Shown: positions 45,461 to 54,120 of the stretch, in pieces
How the letters are laid out: every line of letters starts with the position of its first letter
Numbering within the stretch: the first letter of the stretch is position 1
Virus record (IMG/VR): IMGVR_UViG_3300038809_000036
Source of the DNA: a virus
Reading direction: 5' to 3' (one strand)
DNA length: 64,000 nucleotides
Position numbers and translations under genes: made by a program
The notes under the pieces: generated by a model
What the model was told of the DNA's origin: nothing
Databases searched by the model: none
The model's input: the letters and a program-made list of their open reading frames with translations, nothing else

Positions 45461-45847
45461 TCACTCCTTCGTCAGCCGGTCGGCCTGGCGAGCGAGCCAT
45501 GCCGCGACCTCGTTCCGGTCGGTCTCGATCAGCAGGGACGCCTCGCCGGGCCGGTCGATCGACAGGCCGAAGCCCGCGGAGCGCGCCGAGAGCGTGAGGC
45601 AGATGCGGGTCGCGGTGCGCATGGCCTCGCGGACCCGCTGGCGGCTCCAGCGGTCGCGCTGGATGCCGATGACGTGCACGACGTCGCCGGCTGGCAGCAG
45701 GCGACCCGCCTCGTGTGCGGTAAGGCGCAGCTCCTCCGGTGCGGTGACGGGCGCGAGGGCGCGGGCGGGTGCGGCCACGGGCTGCTCCTGGATGCGAAGC
45801 GCTGCGATCGGCGCGAAGGCGGAGAGATCGAAGGGCGAGAGGATCAC
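45461..45847 (-). CDS. Hypothetical protein
   Basis: GTG start coupled. Confidence 0.5.
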   Translation of the reverse strand: MILSPFDLSAFAPIAALRIQEQPVAAPARALAPVTAPEELRLTAHEAGRLLPAGDVVHVIGIQRDRWSRQRVREAMRTATRICLTLSARSAGFGLSIDRPGEASLLIETDRNEVAAWLARQADRLTKE

Positions 45848-46260
45848 GCGCGCCTCCCGGCAGCGCGCAGGCGGACGCTCGCCTCGGCCAGCACGATCAC
45901 GTCGGTGCGGTCGTCGAGGTCGACGCGCATCTCCGCGGAGTAGAGGGCGATGCCGGCCGCTCCGTAGGCGGCGGACACGCGCTCCACGATCTCCTCGAGC
46001 AGCCGGTCCAGAACCTCGGGGTCCTGACCGCAGCCGGTCTTCATCAGGTCGCGTTGGGCGACCGCGATGTGTCCGGCGGTTTCGCGCAGGCCGGCATAGA
46101 GGTCGGCAGCCTTGCGCTCGGCCATCTCGTGAGCGGCCACGTGGTCCGGCAGGGCGCGGGCGATCTCGCTGTAGGCGGGAATGCCGATGTCGATGCAGAA
46201 GCCATCGACCATGTCGATGAAGGCCTGCCGGTCCAGCGCGGGGCGATTGGCGAGGCTCAC
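45844..46260 (-). CDS. Hypothetical protein
   Basis: 138 aa, coupled. Confidence 0.6.
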   Translation of the reverse strand: MSLANRPALDRQAFIDMVDGFCIDIGIPAYSEIARALPDHVAAHEMAERKAADLYAGLRETAGHIAVAQRDLMKTGCGQDPEVLDRLLEEIVERVSAAYGAAGIALYSAEMRVDLDDRTDVIVLAEASVRLRAAGRRA

Positions 46261-46520
46261 GAGCGACCCCCATCCTGCATGTTGCTGACGAGGGCGCGAT
46301 CGGCGCGGTAGGCGGCGAGCTGCTCGCGCATGTCGGTGATCCAGGCGCTGTCCTGGTCCCCGCAGCGCCCGAACGAGCCGAGGTGGCCGCGGTCGAAGGC
46401 GCGCAGGAAGCTGGCGACGGACTCGGCCAGGGCGGCGCCGTCTGGGAAGCGGACTGGCCCCAGCGCGTCGAGCTTCTGGCCCGGCAGGACGTGCCGGTGC
46501 GCTTCACGGAAGGCGTTCAC
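46257..46520 (-). CDS. Hypothetical protein
   Basis: 87 aa, coupled. Confidence 0.5.
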   Translation of the reverse strand: MNAFREAHRHVLPGQKLDALGPVRFPDGAALAESVASFLRAFDRGHLGSFGRCGDQDSAWITDMREQLAAYRADRALVSNMQDGGRS

Positions 46521-46798
46521 AGCAGGGCTCCGGTCGGCGACCGCGTGGCGGCGGGTGCGAGGGACAGGTCGAGGCGGGTGTCGCGGGCTGGCGGCTCGGT
46601 GCGACCGAGTTCGCGGTTGGTCTCGACGCGGGCAGCGACCCAGCGGCGGGCGTGATCTTCGACGGCGGTGATCGCGGCCTGCATGGCCGGGCCCGGGGGC
46701 TTCGGCTCTGGGCGCTCGATGGCGGCGAAGGAGGCCTTCACCCGAGCGCAGAACCGGGCCGTGTCGGCGGCTCGGGCCTTGGCGGAGAGGCTCGCCAT
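46517..46798 (-). CDS. Hypothetical protein
   Basis: MASLSAKARAAD... Confidence 0.5.
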   Translation of the reverse strand: MASLSAKARAADTARFCARVKASFAAIERPEPKPPGPAMQAAITAVEDHARRWVAARVETNRELGRTEPPARDTRLDLSLAPAATRSPTGALL

Positions 46799-46800
46799 GA

Positions 46801-47103
46801 TCAGCACGCCTCCCGAACTATGGCGCCGAGCCGGCAGCCGGCCTCGTGGCCGATCCGCTTCGGGCCGCCGCAGCGCGGGCAGCCCGGCTCGGTGCCGCCG
46901 GCCTCGCGGTCGATGTCCGCCGACCATTCCAGGGCGGCGAGTTCGACACGGCTGCGAGCTACCTCGCAGAGGAGAGCGGCCTGAAAGTGCGCGCGATCTG
47001 CAGCATTGCAGGCGGCGGCATTGGCTTTGTGGATCAGCGCCTCAAGCGCTTCGCGGAGCTTCTGCTCGTCGTGCAGATCAAACCCGGCTGCGGCGGCGGC
47101 CAT
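46801..47103 (-). CDS. Hypothetical protein with C-terminal CxxC...H...C
   Basis: 100 aa. Confidence 0.5.
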   Translation of the reverse strand: MAAAAAGFDLHDEQKLREALEALIHKANAAACNAADRAHFQAALLCEVARSRVELAALEWSADIDREAGGTEPGCPRCGGPKRIGHEAGCRLGAIVREAC

Positions 47104-47264
47104 CAGCGGACGCCCTGCGAGATGCGGCGGGCGATAAAGACATGGTCGATCAGGTTGGCGACCGCGAACGGGCCCAGTCCGATGGTGATCGCGCCGAGCG
47201 TCGCGTAGGCGACCATCTCGGTGCAGGAGGCGGTGGAGAGGTAGAGGTCGAGGGCGGTGAGCAT
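47103..47264 (-). CDS. Small membrane protein, first gene of the leftward operon
   Basis: MLTALDLY...TLGAITIGLGPFAVANLI; GGAG RBS. Confidence 0.5.
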   Translation of the reverse strand: MLTALDLYLSTASCTEMVAYATLGAITIGLGPFAVANLIDHVFIARRISQGVR

Positions 47265-47301
47265 CGGGGGCTCCATCGGCTCGGTGAGCGGCGATGGGCC
47301 T

Positions 47302-47353
47302 AGAATATACACAGTTTGGGGATACGCAAGCCCAAACTTCACAAACTGTGTAT
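47302..47353 (-). promoter_or_regulatory. PL-like promoter with two inverted operator copies
   Basis: Minus strand TTGCGT-N16-TATTCT; CAAACTGTGTAT at 47307-47318 (-) and 47342-47353 (+). Confidence 0.7.
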
Positions 47354-47442
47354 TTTGCTCGCGAAGCTATCCCCAGGCCGGGCGATCAACCCTTGCGCGA
47401 ATGTTGCCAGGATGTTCTCATCGGGGGACCGGGAGAGCAAGC

Positions 47443-47649
47443 GTGCCAGTAGACGATCCGCCTAACGTGGACCTGAGCGACAGGGACCTTCGCTCGCTGG
47501 CGATGGAGCTGGCAATGCAGCTGCCGCGCAACGAGCGTGACGCGCACTACGTCATCGAGCTGATGCGAGTCGGCTACGACTTCTTTCTGTGCAACGCAGG
47601 GAAGGCCGAGAAAAAGGTCGAGGCTTTCCGACCTAAGATCGCACGCTAA
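47443..47649 (+). CDS. 68-aa hypothetical protein convergent with the repressor
   Basis: GGGAGAG RBS, GTG start. Confidence 0.45.
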   Translation: MPVDDPPNVDLSDRDLRSLAMELAMQLPRNERDAHYVIELMRVGYDFFLCNAGKAEKKVEAFRPKIAR

Positions 47650-47957
47650 GCACGCTTCTTGTGGACGCGATACTCGGGCGGATTGGCCTTATCCAGTCGC
47701 TCGACCAGATCAACGGGCATGCCAGCGAGGCTCCCGTCCATGAACCAGTCTCGCGTGACGCCGTGTAAGCGCTTCAGCTTCGCGCAGACAGGCTGGCTCG
47801 GAGGGCTGCGGCCCTTCTCGTAGTGGTTCCAGGCGTTCGTCGAGATGCCGATGCGGTCGCATAGCTCCCTCTGTGAGGACGCTACGACGGACCGGAAAAG
47901 CCGCACGCGAGCGGCGACTTCATCGAGATATCCAGGCGGATACGAGACCTGCGGCAT
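47646..47957 (-). CDS. CI-like XRE-family repressor (no peptidase domain)
   Basis: SQRELCDRIGISTNAWNHYEKGRSPP HTH; divergent from cro; start could be further upstream (48038). Confidence 0.8.
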   Translation of the reverse strand: MPQVSYPPGYLDEVAARVRLFRSVVASSQRELCDRIGISTNAWNHYEKGRSPPSQPVCAKLKRLHGVTRDWFMDGSLAGMPVDLVERLDKANPPEYRVHKKRA

Positions 47958-47977
47958 GTACGCATTCTCGCACCTCA

Positions 47978-48038
47978 CAATCTGTGTATCCATGAAGGCG
48001 TTCTGCATCTTGTCATATACCCAATCTGTGTATATCAC
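47978..48038 (+). promoter_or_regulatory. OR/PR-like region with two operator copies
   Basis: CAATCTGTGTAT at 47978-47989 and 48022-48033; TTGTCA-N17-TATCAC. Confidence 0.7.
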
Positions 48039-48044
48039 TGAGGC

Positions 48045-48287
48045 ATGGAGCCGCTCGCGACCACCTCAGAAGTCATCGACGCCCTAGGCGGCACAGCCGC
48101 AGTCGCGCGTCTGACCGGCCGCTCCATGCAAGCGGTCTCCAACTGGCGGGAGCGCGGCCGTTTCACCGCCGCAGCCTATGATCCGATCACCAAGGCGTTG
48201 AGCGATATCGGTCGGCGGGCTCATCCTAGCGTCTGGAAGTCGCTTCCGCCGTCTGCCCTGATCCAGCTCGCGGCGAGCGCCGCCTGA
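48045..48287 (+). CDS. Cro-like HTH protein
   Basis: VIDALGGTAAVARLTGRSMQAVSNWRERG. Confidence 0.85.
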   Translation: MEPLATTSEVIDALGGTAAVARLTGRSMQAVSNWRERGRFTAAAYDPITKALSDIGRRAHPSVWKSLPPSALIQLAASAA

Positions 48288-48517
48288 TGCCGGCCGCCCG
48301 CGACCTCACCCTCGACGAGCACGGCGTGAAGCGTGGCGCCCGCTACGTCGTGACCTGCGGCGTGGCACCGGCGGGTGGCATCTTCATCGTCGCCGACATG
48401 TTCACGCGCCTCGACGCTGAGGCCGCCGATCACCTCGCCGACCTTCTGCGCGAGCACGCGCACAACGAGCGCATCGTCGAGACCGCCCGCTTGGTCTGCG
48501 CGGAGGCCACGCGATGA
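48287..48517 (+). CDS. Hypothetical protein
   Basis: TGATG-coupled to cro. Confidence 0.55.
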   Translation: MPAARDLTLDEHGVKRGARYVVTCGVAPAGGIFIVADMFTRLDAEAADHLADLLREHAHNERIVETARLVCAEATR

Positions 48518-48648
48518 TCTTCGCGCTGCTGACTGCTCCGGTTGTCGTGTCCGTCGCCGTTGGCGCCGCGGCTCTGCTGTGGTGCCGCGGGCTGTTCCCG
48601 CTGGTTGCTACTACGCTCGGCGCCGGTCTCATCTGGGCGCTCGTATGA
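48514..48648 (+). CDS. 44-aa hydrophobic peptide (not in ORF track)
   Basis: GGAGG RBS; MIFALLTAPVVVSVAVGAAALLW... Confidence 0.55.
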   Translation: MIFALLTAPVVVSVAVGAAALLWCRGLFPLVATTLGAGLIWALV

Positions 48649-48659
48649 GCCCCGCCCCC

Positions 48660-48950
48660 TCATTCCAGATCCGCGTCGGGTGCCTTTCCACGGGGGGCTC
48701 GCCGCGGCTGGTCGCTCGGTCCGTTTTCCCCAATAGCGGATCGAGCGCACCTCTTTCGCGCCATAGCGCGTCCGACCTCGACCGGGACGTCCGCAGGACC
48801 GTCCTGAGCGGAACCCGTTTGCCGGGCACGGGCCGAGACAAGCCCCGGCGTCTTTTCGCGCGCACGTCGCTCTACCGCCAAGTCGATGACGTTCGCGCCT
48901 CCGTAAATGCGGGTCTTTGTTCTGCGTACCGCATCCTCCTGTCGCTTCAT
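48660..48950 (-). CDS. Antisense 96-aa ORF inside the rightward operon
   Basis: GGAGGTTCAG-ATG; NVIDLAVERRAR segment. Confidence 0.45.
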   Translation of the reverse strand: MKRQEDAVRRTKTRIYGGANVIDLAVERRAREKTPGLVSARARQTGSAQDGPADVPVEVGRAMARKRCARSAIGENGPSDQPRRAPRGKAPDADLE

Positions 48951-49026
48951 CTGAACCTCCTCCGGTGTCCTCAAGACACCATGGGTCGGTTTGCAGATGT
49001 GCAAGAAGCTTTTGCGGGACGCGCAA

Positions 49027-49389
49027 ATGGCGACTGCTGAAGTAGTCCAGTCCAAAGCCCGGCTCAGCGACCTGCTGCGCTGGGAAAGCCGAGGTCCAGG
49101 TGACCTCGACAACGCGATGCGGCGCCTCTCGCGGCGCCATGGCGTCGAGTACGGCACGCTCTGGTCGCTGCGCTACCGCGCTCCGAAGCGGATCTGGGCC
49201 GACGTCTACACGGCGATCGCCGACGCCTACGCCAACGAAATCGAACGCCAGCGGGGAAAACTCGACGATGCCGCGACCGCCGCCGAACCACTCCTCGGGG
49301 CTGATCGCGCTTCTGTGCGCGCGGCTCGTACTCTTTCTGGACGTGCAGCGGGCGCGCCTGCTGCGCTGGTGGACGCGGACCGGCAATGA
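49027..49389 (+). CDS. HTH protein (CII-like position)
   Basis: AMRRLSRRHGVEYGTLWSLRYR; start could be 48991. Confidence 0.6.
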   Translation: MATAEVVQSKARLSDLLRWESRGPGDLDNAMRRLSRRHGVEYGTLWSLRYRAPKRIWADVYTAIADAYANEIERQRGKLDDAATAAEPLLGADRASVRAARTLSGRAAGAPAALVDADRQ

Positions 49390-49607
49390 CTAGCCCGGAC
49401 GCCTTCCTGTCGACGACCAGGGCCGCCGTCATCCGTCGCTGGAACCTCGGCTACGACACACTGACGGTCGGCCGGCACTACGGCATCGACGAAGCCGACG
49501 TCTGCCGGATCCTCGCTGCCAAGCAGGACCGCAAGCACTTCGTGAAGCTGGCCCTGGCGCGGCGCGCGCCGGCAGCTCGCTCCCCATCCGCCCAGTTCCC
49601 CGGCTGA
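49386..49607 (+). CDS. Small HTH protein
   Basis: GYDTLTVGRHYGIDEADVCRIL. Confidence 0.6.
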   Translation: MTSPDAFLSTTRAAVIRRWNLGYDTLTVGRHYGIDEADVCRILAAKQDRKHFVKLALARRAPAARSPSAQFPG

Positions 49608-49653
49608 AAGGCCCGCCTACGCGGGGCGCTCCCGCGCGACCTGGAGGCCCGCG

Positions 49654-50055
49654 ATGGCCGAGAAGCTCAAGAACACCAAGGCGAAGCCCGGGATCCACCC
49701 CGAGGTGCTGAAGTCGCTCATCTCGAAGTGCGACTCGATGAAAGCCGACATGGACGAGTCCCGCGGCGAGCTGGGCGCCGCCGTGAAGGATGCCGAGGAG
49801 GTCCACGGCATCAACCGCAAGGCGTTCAAGCTGGTCCTGTCGCTGAAGCGGATGGAGCAGGACAGGCGGGACGAGTTCCTGAAGTCGCTGACCGACTACG
49901 TCGAGAAGCTCGACCTCGGCCCGCAGGCGGACCTGTTCGACGAAGGCGACGAGGCCGGCCGCCGCGCTGATCAGGATGCTGCTGCGGCGACCGACGACCA
50001 GGCCGCCGAGAACGCCCGCCGCCTCAAGGGCGGCATCAAGCAGCTGGCGCACTGA
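49654..50055 (+). CDS. GapR/DUF2312 family DNA-binding protein
   Basis: LKSLI.K..., VKDAE..G..RKAFK.V.SLKRM...RDE...L..Y. Confidence 0.75.
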   Translation: MAEKLKNTKAKPGIHPEVLKSLISKCDSMKADMDESRGELGAAVKDAEEVHGINRKAFKLVLSLKRMEQDRRDEFLKSLTDYVEKLDLGPQADLFDEGDEAGRRADQDAAAATDDQAAENARRLKGGIKQLAH

Positions 50056-50058
50056 GCC

Positions 50059-50574
50059 ATGGCGCTGCCGAAGATCCTCTTCCTCGATCTCGCGACACGC
50101 GCCGGTTGGTGCGTGGGCGCGCCCGACGAGACCCCGCGGTACGGCACGAAGGTTCTGCCCTCCACGGGCGAGGACATCGGCCGCTTCGCTGCCGCCTACA
50201 ACGAATGGCTCCTCGACATGATCACCCTGGAGAGCCCGGGGTTGGTCGTGTTTGAGGCGCCGATCCTGGCCGGCCGCACGAACTTGACGACCGCTAGGAA
50301 GCTGACCGGGTTGGCCTGGCACACCGAGTTCGTCTGCAACCTGCGCCAGGTCAGGGTCCGCGAGCATCATCTGCAGAGCATCAAGAAGATGTTCGCCGGC
50401 AGCGGCCGCGCCGACAAGGACGCCATGATCGCCGCGGCGCGGCGCCTCGGGTTCGATCCGAAGGACGATAACCAAGCCGACGCCCTGGGCGGGTGGTGCT
50501 GCACCGTCCACGAGCGGGCTCCTCACCATTCCCGCTTGAAGATGGGCGCGCTCGGCGCCGCGAGGTTCGCATGA
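50059..50574 (+). CDS. RuvC-like Holliday junction resolvase
   Basis: ILFLDLATRAGW, VVFEAP, KKMFAGSGRADKDAM, DNQADA. Confidence 0.85.
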   Translation: MALPKILFLDLATRAGWCVGAPDETPRYGTKVLPSTGEDIGRFAAAYNEWLLDMITLESPGLVVFEAPILAGRTNLTTARKLTGLAWHTEFVCNLRQVRVREHHLQSIKKMFAGSGRADKDAMIAAARRLGFDPKDDNQADALGGWCCTVHERAPHHSRLKMGALGAARFA

Positions 50575-51161
50575 GCGAAGTATGGCGAGTTGCGCCGTCG
50601 GCGCCTGAATTCGACGTGTCGTCGCTGGGTCGTATCCGCCGTCGAGGCCGCATTTTGAACGGCAGCAGGTGGTCGACCGGCTACATCTACGTGCAGACTA
50701 CGATCGGCGCGACCGCTGCGTGCGGGAAGCGTGCGCTCGGTGTGCACGTCCTGGTCTGCGAGGCGTTCCACGGGCCACGGCCATTCGTCGGCGCCATTCC
50801 GCTTCACCGGGACGGAAGCAGGGACAACAACGCCTCCGACAATCTGCGGTGGGGCACGCATAAAGAGAACGCCGCCGACCGGCGCGCCCATGGCCGCGAT
50901 CGCCTCGGTGTGGACCATCACGCCGCGAAGCTGATCGACGAGCATGAGGTCCTGGCGATCTTCGCGCTCAGCCGCCGCGGCTTGATCGGTGATGAGATTG
51001 CCAGCTGCTTCGGCATCACGAAGGGCGAGGTCAACCGCATCTTGAGCCGGGAGATGTGGGCGCACGTCGACGTGCCCGCGGAGCTCTGCGCCGTCCACGA
51101 AAAAGCGCCGCAGCACGGCAAGCGGTTCGCCCTCGGCGCGCTCGGAGGCCGGGCGGCATGA
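50571..51161 (+). CDS. NUMOD4-HNH homing endonuclease
   Basis: EVWR...FDVSSLGRIR (NUMOD4); HVLVCEAF...HRDGSRDNN..DNLRW. Confidence 0.85.
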   Translation: MSEVWRVAPSAPEFDVSSLGRIRRRGRILNGSRWSTGYIYVQTTIGATAACGKRALGVHVLVCEAFHGPRPFVGAIPLHRDGSRDNNASDNLRWGTHKENAADRRAHGRDRLGVDHHAAKLIDEHEVLAIFALSRRGLIGDEIASCFGITKGEVNRILSREMWAHVDVPAELCAVHEKAPQHGKRFALGALGGRAA

Positions 51162-51844
51162 CCTGGCCATTCGGCGCTCTTCAGCTCGCCGCCCTGCGCC
51201 GGCTCGCATCCTCTCCCTCGTCGGCGCTTGAGATCGGCAAGGCCGCCGAGCACCTCGTGTGCGCTGACCTGATGCTGAGCGGATATCGGGCCTTTTTGAG
51301 CGATCAGGGCCTTCCTTACGACCTGCTAGTCGACCTTGATGGGCGCATTGTCCGAGTGCAGGTCAAGGCGACTTGTTTCGCTCGGAACATCAGCGCGGCT
51401 GGTCGCAACCAGCGCATCGCGTACACCTGGCACGTCCGAGCGCGGGGTAAGGCCCGGAAAGGCGAGCGTCTCGACGCCTCTCACTGCGACGTCGTCGCCC
51501 TGGTCGCTCTCGACCTGCGAGCCATCGCTTATCTGCCGATCAGCATTTGCGGCCAGACCGTGCAGCTGGCCCCGCCGAGCTCAGCGGCCGCCCCTGCATT
51601 CCGGTCCGGATCACGTTGGGCCCGGACCGTTGCAGACTTCCCCTTTGCGGAAGCGGTCGGCGGCGATTTGGCCTCCTACAAGGCGGCATTCGGCGACCTG
51701 ACCCGCTGCATTCGCGGGCACGAGTTCACGCCCGAAAACACCTCGATCGCGTCGAACGGCTCCCGAGTGTGCCGCGCCTGCCGCCGCGAGAGCGGCCTGC
51801 GCTATCAACAGTCCAAGGAGGCCGCTCGTGTCGCCGCTGAGTAG
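51158..51844 (+). CDS. PD-(D/E)XK endonuclease with C-terminal zinc finger
   Basis: GKAAEHLV...YDLL...VQVKAT; CIRGHEFTPENT...CRAC. Confidence 0.8.
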   Translation: MTWPFGALQLAALRRLASSPSSALEIGKAAEHLVCADLMLSGYRAFLSDQGLPYDLLVDLDGRIVRVQVKATCFARNISAAGRNQRIAYTWHVRARGKARKGERLDASHCDVVALVALDLRAIAYLPISICGQTVQLAPPSSAAAPAFRSGSRWARTVADFPFAEAVGGDLASYKAAFGDLTRCIRGHEFTPENTSIASNGSRVCRACRRESGLRYQQSKEAARVAAE

Positions 51845-52427
51845 CTGGCCGTTTGGGCGCCTCCCGCCTCTAGCCTTCGATCTGATCGTCGCAGACCCTC
51901 CGTGGTCCTTCACCCTTCGTTCGGCGAAGGGCGAGGCGAAGAGCCCGCAGGCGCAGTACGCCTGCATGCCGCTCGATGCGATCAAGGCCCTCCCGGTCGC
52001 GCAGCTTGCCCGCGGCGACGCCTTCCTCTGGCTCTGGGCCACGAACCCGATGCTGCCGCAGGCGCTCGAGGTGATGGCCGCATGGGGCTTCACGTTCACG
52101 ACCGCCGGCACCTGGGTGAAAACCACCTCGGGCGGCAAGCTCGCGTTCGGCACCGGCTATGTCCTGCGGAGCGCCTCCGAGCCCTTCCTGATCGGCAAGT
52201 TCGGCCGGCCGCGCGCTGGGCGGTCCGTGCGCAGCGTGATCATGGCGCCGGCTCGCGAACACAGCCGGAAGCCCGAAGAGGCTTACGCCGCGGCCGAGGC
52301 GCTACTGCCGGGTGCGCTGCGTCGAGCCGACCTGTTCTCGCGCGAGGGTCGCCCCGGCTGGGATGCCTGGGGCCACGAGGTCGGCAAGTTCGACCAGCCC
52401 GCGTCCGTCGCCATGGCAGCGGAGTGA
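51828..52427 (+). CDS. MT-A70 family adenine methyltransferase
   Basis: ADPPW, LWLWAT, WVKTT, REHSRKP. Confidence 0.9.
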   Translation: MSPLSSWPFGRLPPLAFDLIVADPPWSFTLRSAKGEAKSPQAQYACMPLDAIKALPVAQLARGDAFLWLWATNPMLPQALEVMAAWGFTFTTAGTWVKTTSGGKLAFGTGYVLRSASEPFLIGKFGRPRAGRSVRSVIMAPAREHSRKPEEAYAAAEALLPGALRRADLFSREGRPGWDAWGHEVGKFDQPASVAMAAE

Positions 52428-52432
52428 CGCCC

Positions 52433-52669
52433 ATGCGCTGGGTTCTCGCCCGATCCGGAACGGTCCTCTACCGCGGCAGCCGCGAAGACGTGCTGACCGC
52501 CGCCGAGCGCTACGGCCTCGTGTGTCACGTCGTGCCGGAGGTGCGGGGCCCGGTGCCCGGCCGCGGCTTCTACGACGACGGCGCCGAGATCCCGCCGCGC
52601 CTGATGCAGAACGCAGTGATCTTGCCGGAGGGCATGCTGCCGGCCCGGCTCCGGAGGCGCGCAGCATGA
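52433..52669 (+). CDS. Hypothetical protein
   Basis: 78 aa, coupled to the helicase. Confidence 0.55.
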   Translation: MRWVLARSGTVLYRGSREDVLTAAERYGLVCHVVPEVRGPVPGRGFYDDGAEIPPRLMQNAVILPEGMLPARLRRRAA

Positions 52670-54120
52670 GCCGAGACCCCGACAACGTCGTGGCGTTTCG
52701 CACGCCCGCCGACCAGGCCGCGCCGCCGCACAACATCGAGGTGGAGCAGGCGCTGCTCGGCCTGGCGATGATGCGGCCCGAGGTGGTGCCCGCGATCGCA
52801 CAGGTCGTGCGCCCGGAGCACTTCTACTTCGCCGACCACCAGGAGGTGTTCGCCTGTATCGAGTCGCTGGTGGCCGCCGGCTGCCCGCCTACGCCCATCG
52901 CGGTGAAGGGCTACCTGCAGCGGCCGCAGATCGGCGACCGGCCGGCCCTGGCCTACCTCGCGGCCTGTGCCGGCGACACGATGGGCCTTGATGCCACCGG
53001 CTACGCGGCGATCGTGCGGGACCTGGCCTCGAAGCGCTCGCTGCTCGCGGTGGCCGAGAAGCTGACCGAGATGGTCCGCACAGCGCCCCCCGGCACGGCC
53101 GCCCAGGCGATCATCGATGAGACCGAGCAGGCGCTGCTCGATGTCCGCGCCATCGTCCCGCAGGCGCACCTCGCAGGCCAGTCCGCGCCCGAGGCCAGCC
53201 GCTGGATGCTCGATCGCATCAACCAGCTGAGGACTGGCCAAATGGAATCCACCGCGATTTCGACGGGGCTGTCCGAGCTCGACCGGGTCACGAACGGCGG
53301 CTTCCAGCGCGGCCAGCTCTGGCTGCTCGCAGGCCGGCCCGGGATGGGCAAGACGGTCGCGATGACGACCCTGTCCCGGCTCGCCGCGCGCGAGGCCGGC
53401 GTGCTCGTCTACCAGTGCGAGGTGACCCGCGATCAGCAGATCGCCCGCTACCTGTCGGATCTGTCCTACGTCCACAATCGGCCGCTAACCTTCGGCAAGA
53501 TCATGGCCGGCGTCGAGATCGACGACGAGGAGGCCTGGAGGATCGAGCAGGCCGCGGCGAGCTTCGACAAGCTCCACCTGCGCCTGGAATGCGAGCCTGG
53601 CGTCACGGTCGCCCAGATCGCGTTCGGGGTGAAGGCGGAGAAGCGGCGCCTCGCGAAGATCGGGGTCCGCCTCGGCGTCGTGTTCGTCGACTACCTGAAA
53701 TTCATCAAGGTCTCGGACCGCTACCAGGGCCAGCGCGTGCTGGAGATCGGCGAGATCTCGGGCGCCCTGAAGCAGCTGGCGAAGGCCGAGGACATCTGCG
53801 TCGTCCTGCTCGCCCAGCTGAACCGCGGGGTCGAGAAGCAGGAGCGCGAGGATCGCCGGCCCACCCCGGCCGACCTCCGGGATTCGGGCGAGCTGGAGCA
53901 GGACGCCGACGCGGTCCTGCTGCTCTTCCGCGAGGCCGTCTACGTCGAGCGCAAGATGAAGGCGTCTCCCACGCCGGAGCTCGCTGACCGCATGATGCAG
54001 GTCCAGCACCGGCTCGAACTGATCCTCGGAAAGAACCGATCCGGGCCGCCCGTCACGCTGCCGCTTTGGTGCGACGTCGCCCATTCCGCCATCGCTCAGA
54101 CATCGAGAGGGGGGTTCTGA
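52666..54120 (+). CDS. DnaB-like replicative helicase
   Basis: PPHNIEVEQALLG, AGRPGMGKT, DYL, QLNR, DLRDSGELEQDAD, KNRSGP. Confidence 0.95.
   Translation: MSRDPDNVVAFRTPADQAAPPHNIEVEQALLGLAMMRPEVVPAIAQVVRPEHFYFADHQEVFACIESLVAAGCPPTPIAVKGYLQRPQIGDRPALAYLAACAGDTMGLDATGYAAIVRDLASKRSLLAVAEKLTEMVRTAPPGTAAQAIIDETEQALLDVRAIVPQAHLAGQSAPEASRWMLDRINQLRTGQMESTAISTGLSELDRVTNGGFQRGQLWLLAGRPGMGKTVAMTTLSRLAAREAGVLVYQCEVTRDQQIARYLSDLSYVHNRPLTFGKIMAGVEIDDEEAWRIEQAAASFDKLHLRLECEPGVTVAQIAFGVKAEKRRLAKIGVRLGVVFVDYLKFIKVSDRYQGQRVLEIGEISGALKQLAKAEDICVVLLAQLNRGVEKQEREDRRPTPADLRDSGELEQDADAVLLLFREAVYVERKMKASPTPELADRMMQVQHRLELILGKNRSGPPVTLPLWCDVAHSAIAQTSRGGF

Noticed and set aside
39869-52427. Restriction-modification system from the MTases plus the PD-(D/E)XK or HNH nucleases
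   Set aside because: The nucleases show mobile homing-type architecture and insertion scars; the MTases are types commonly found as orphans in phages.
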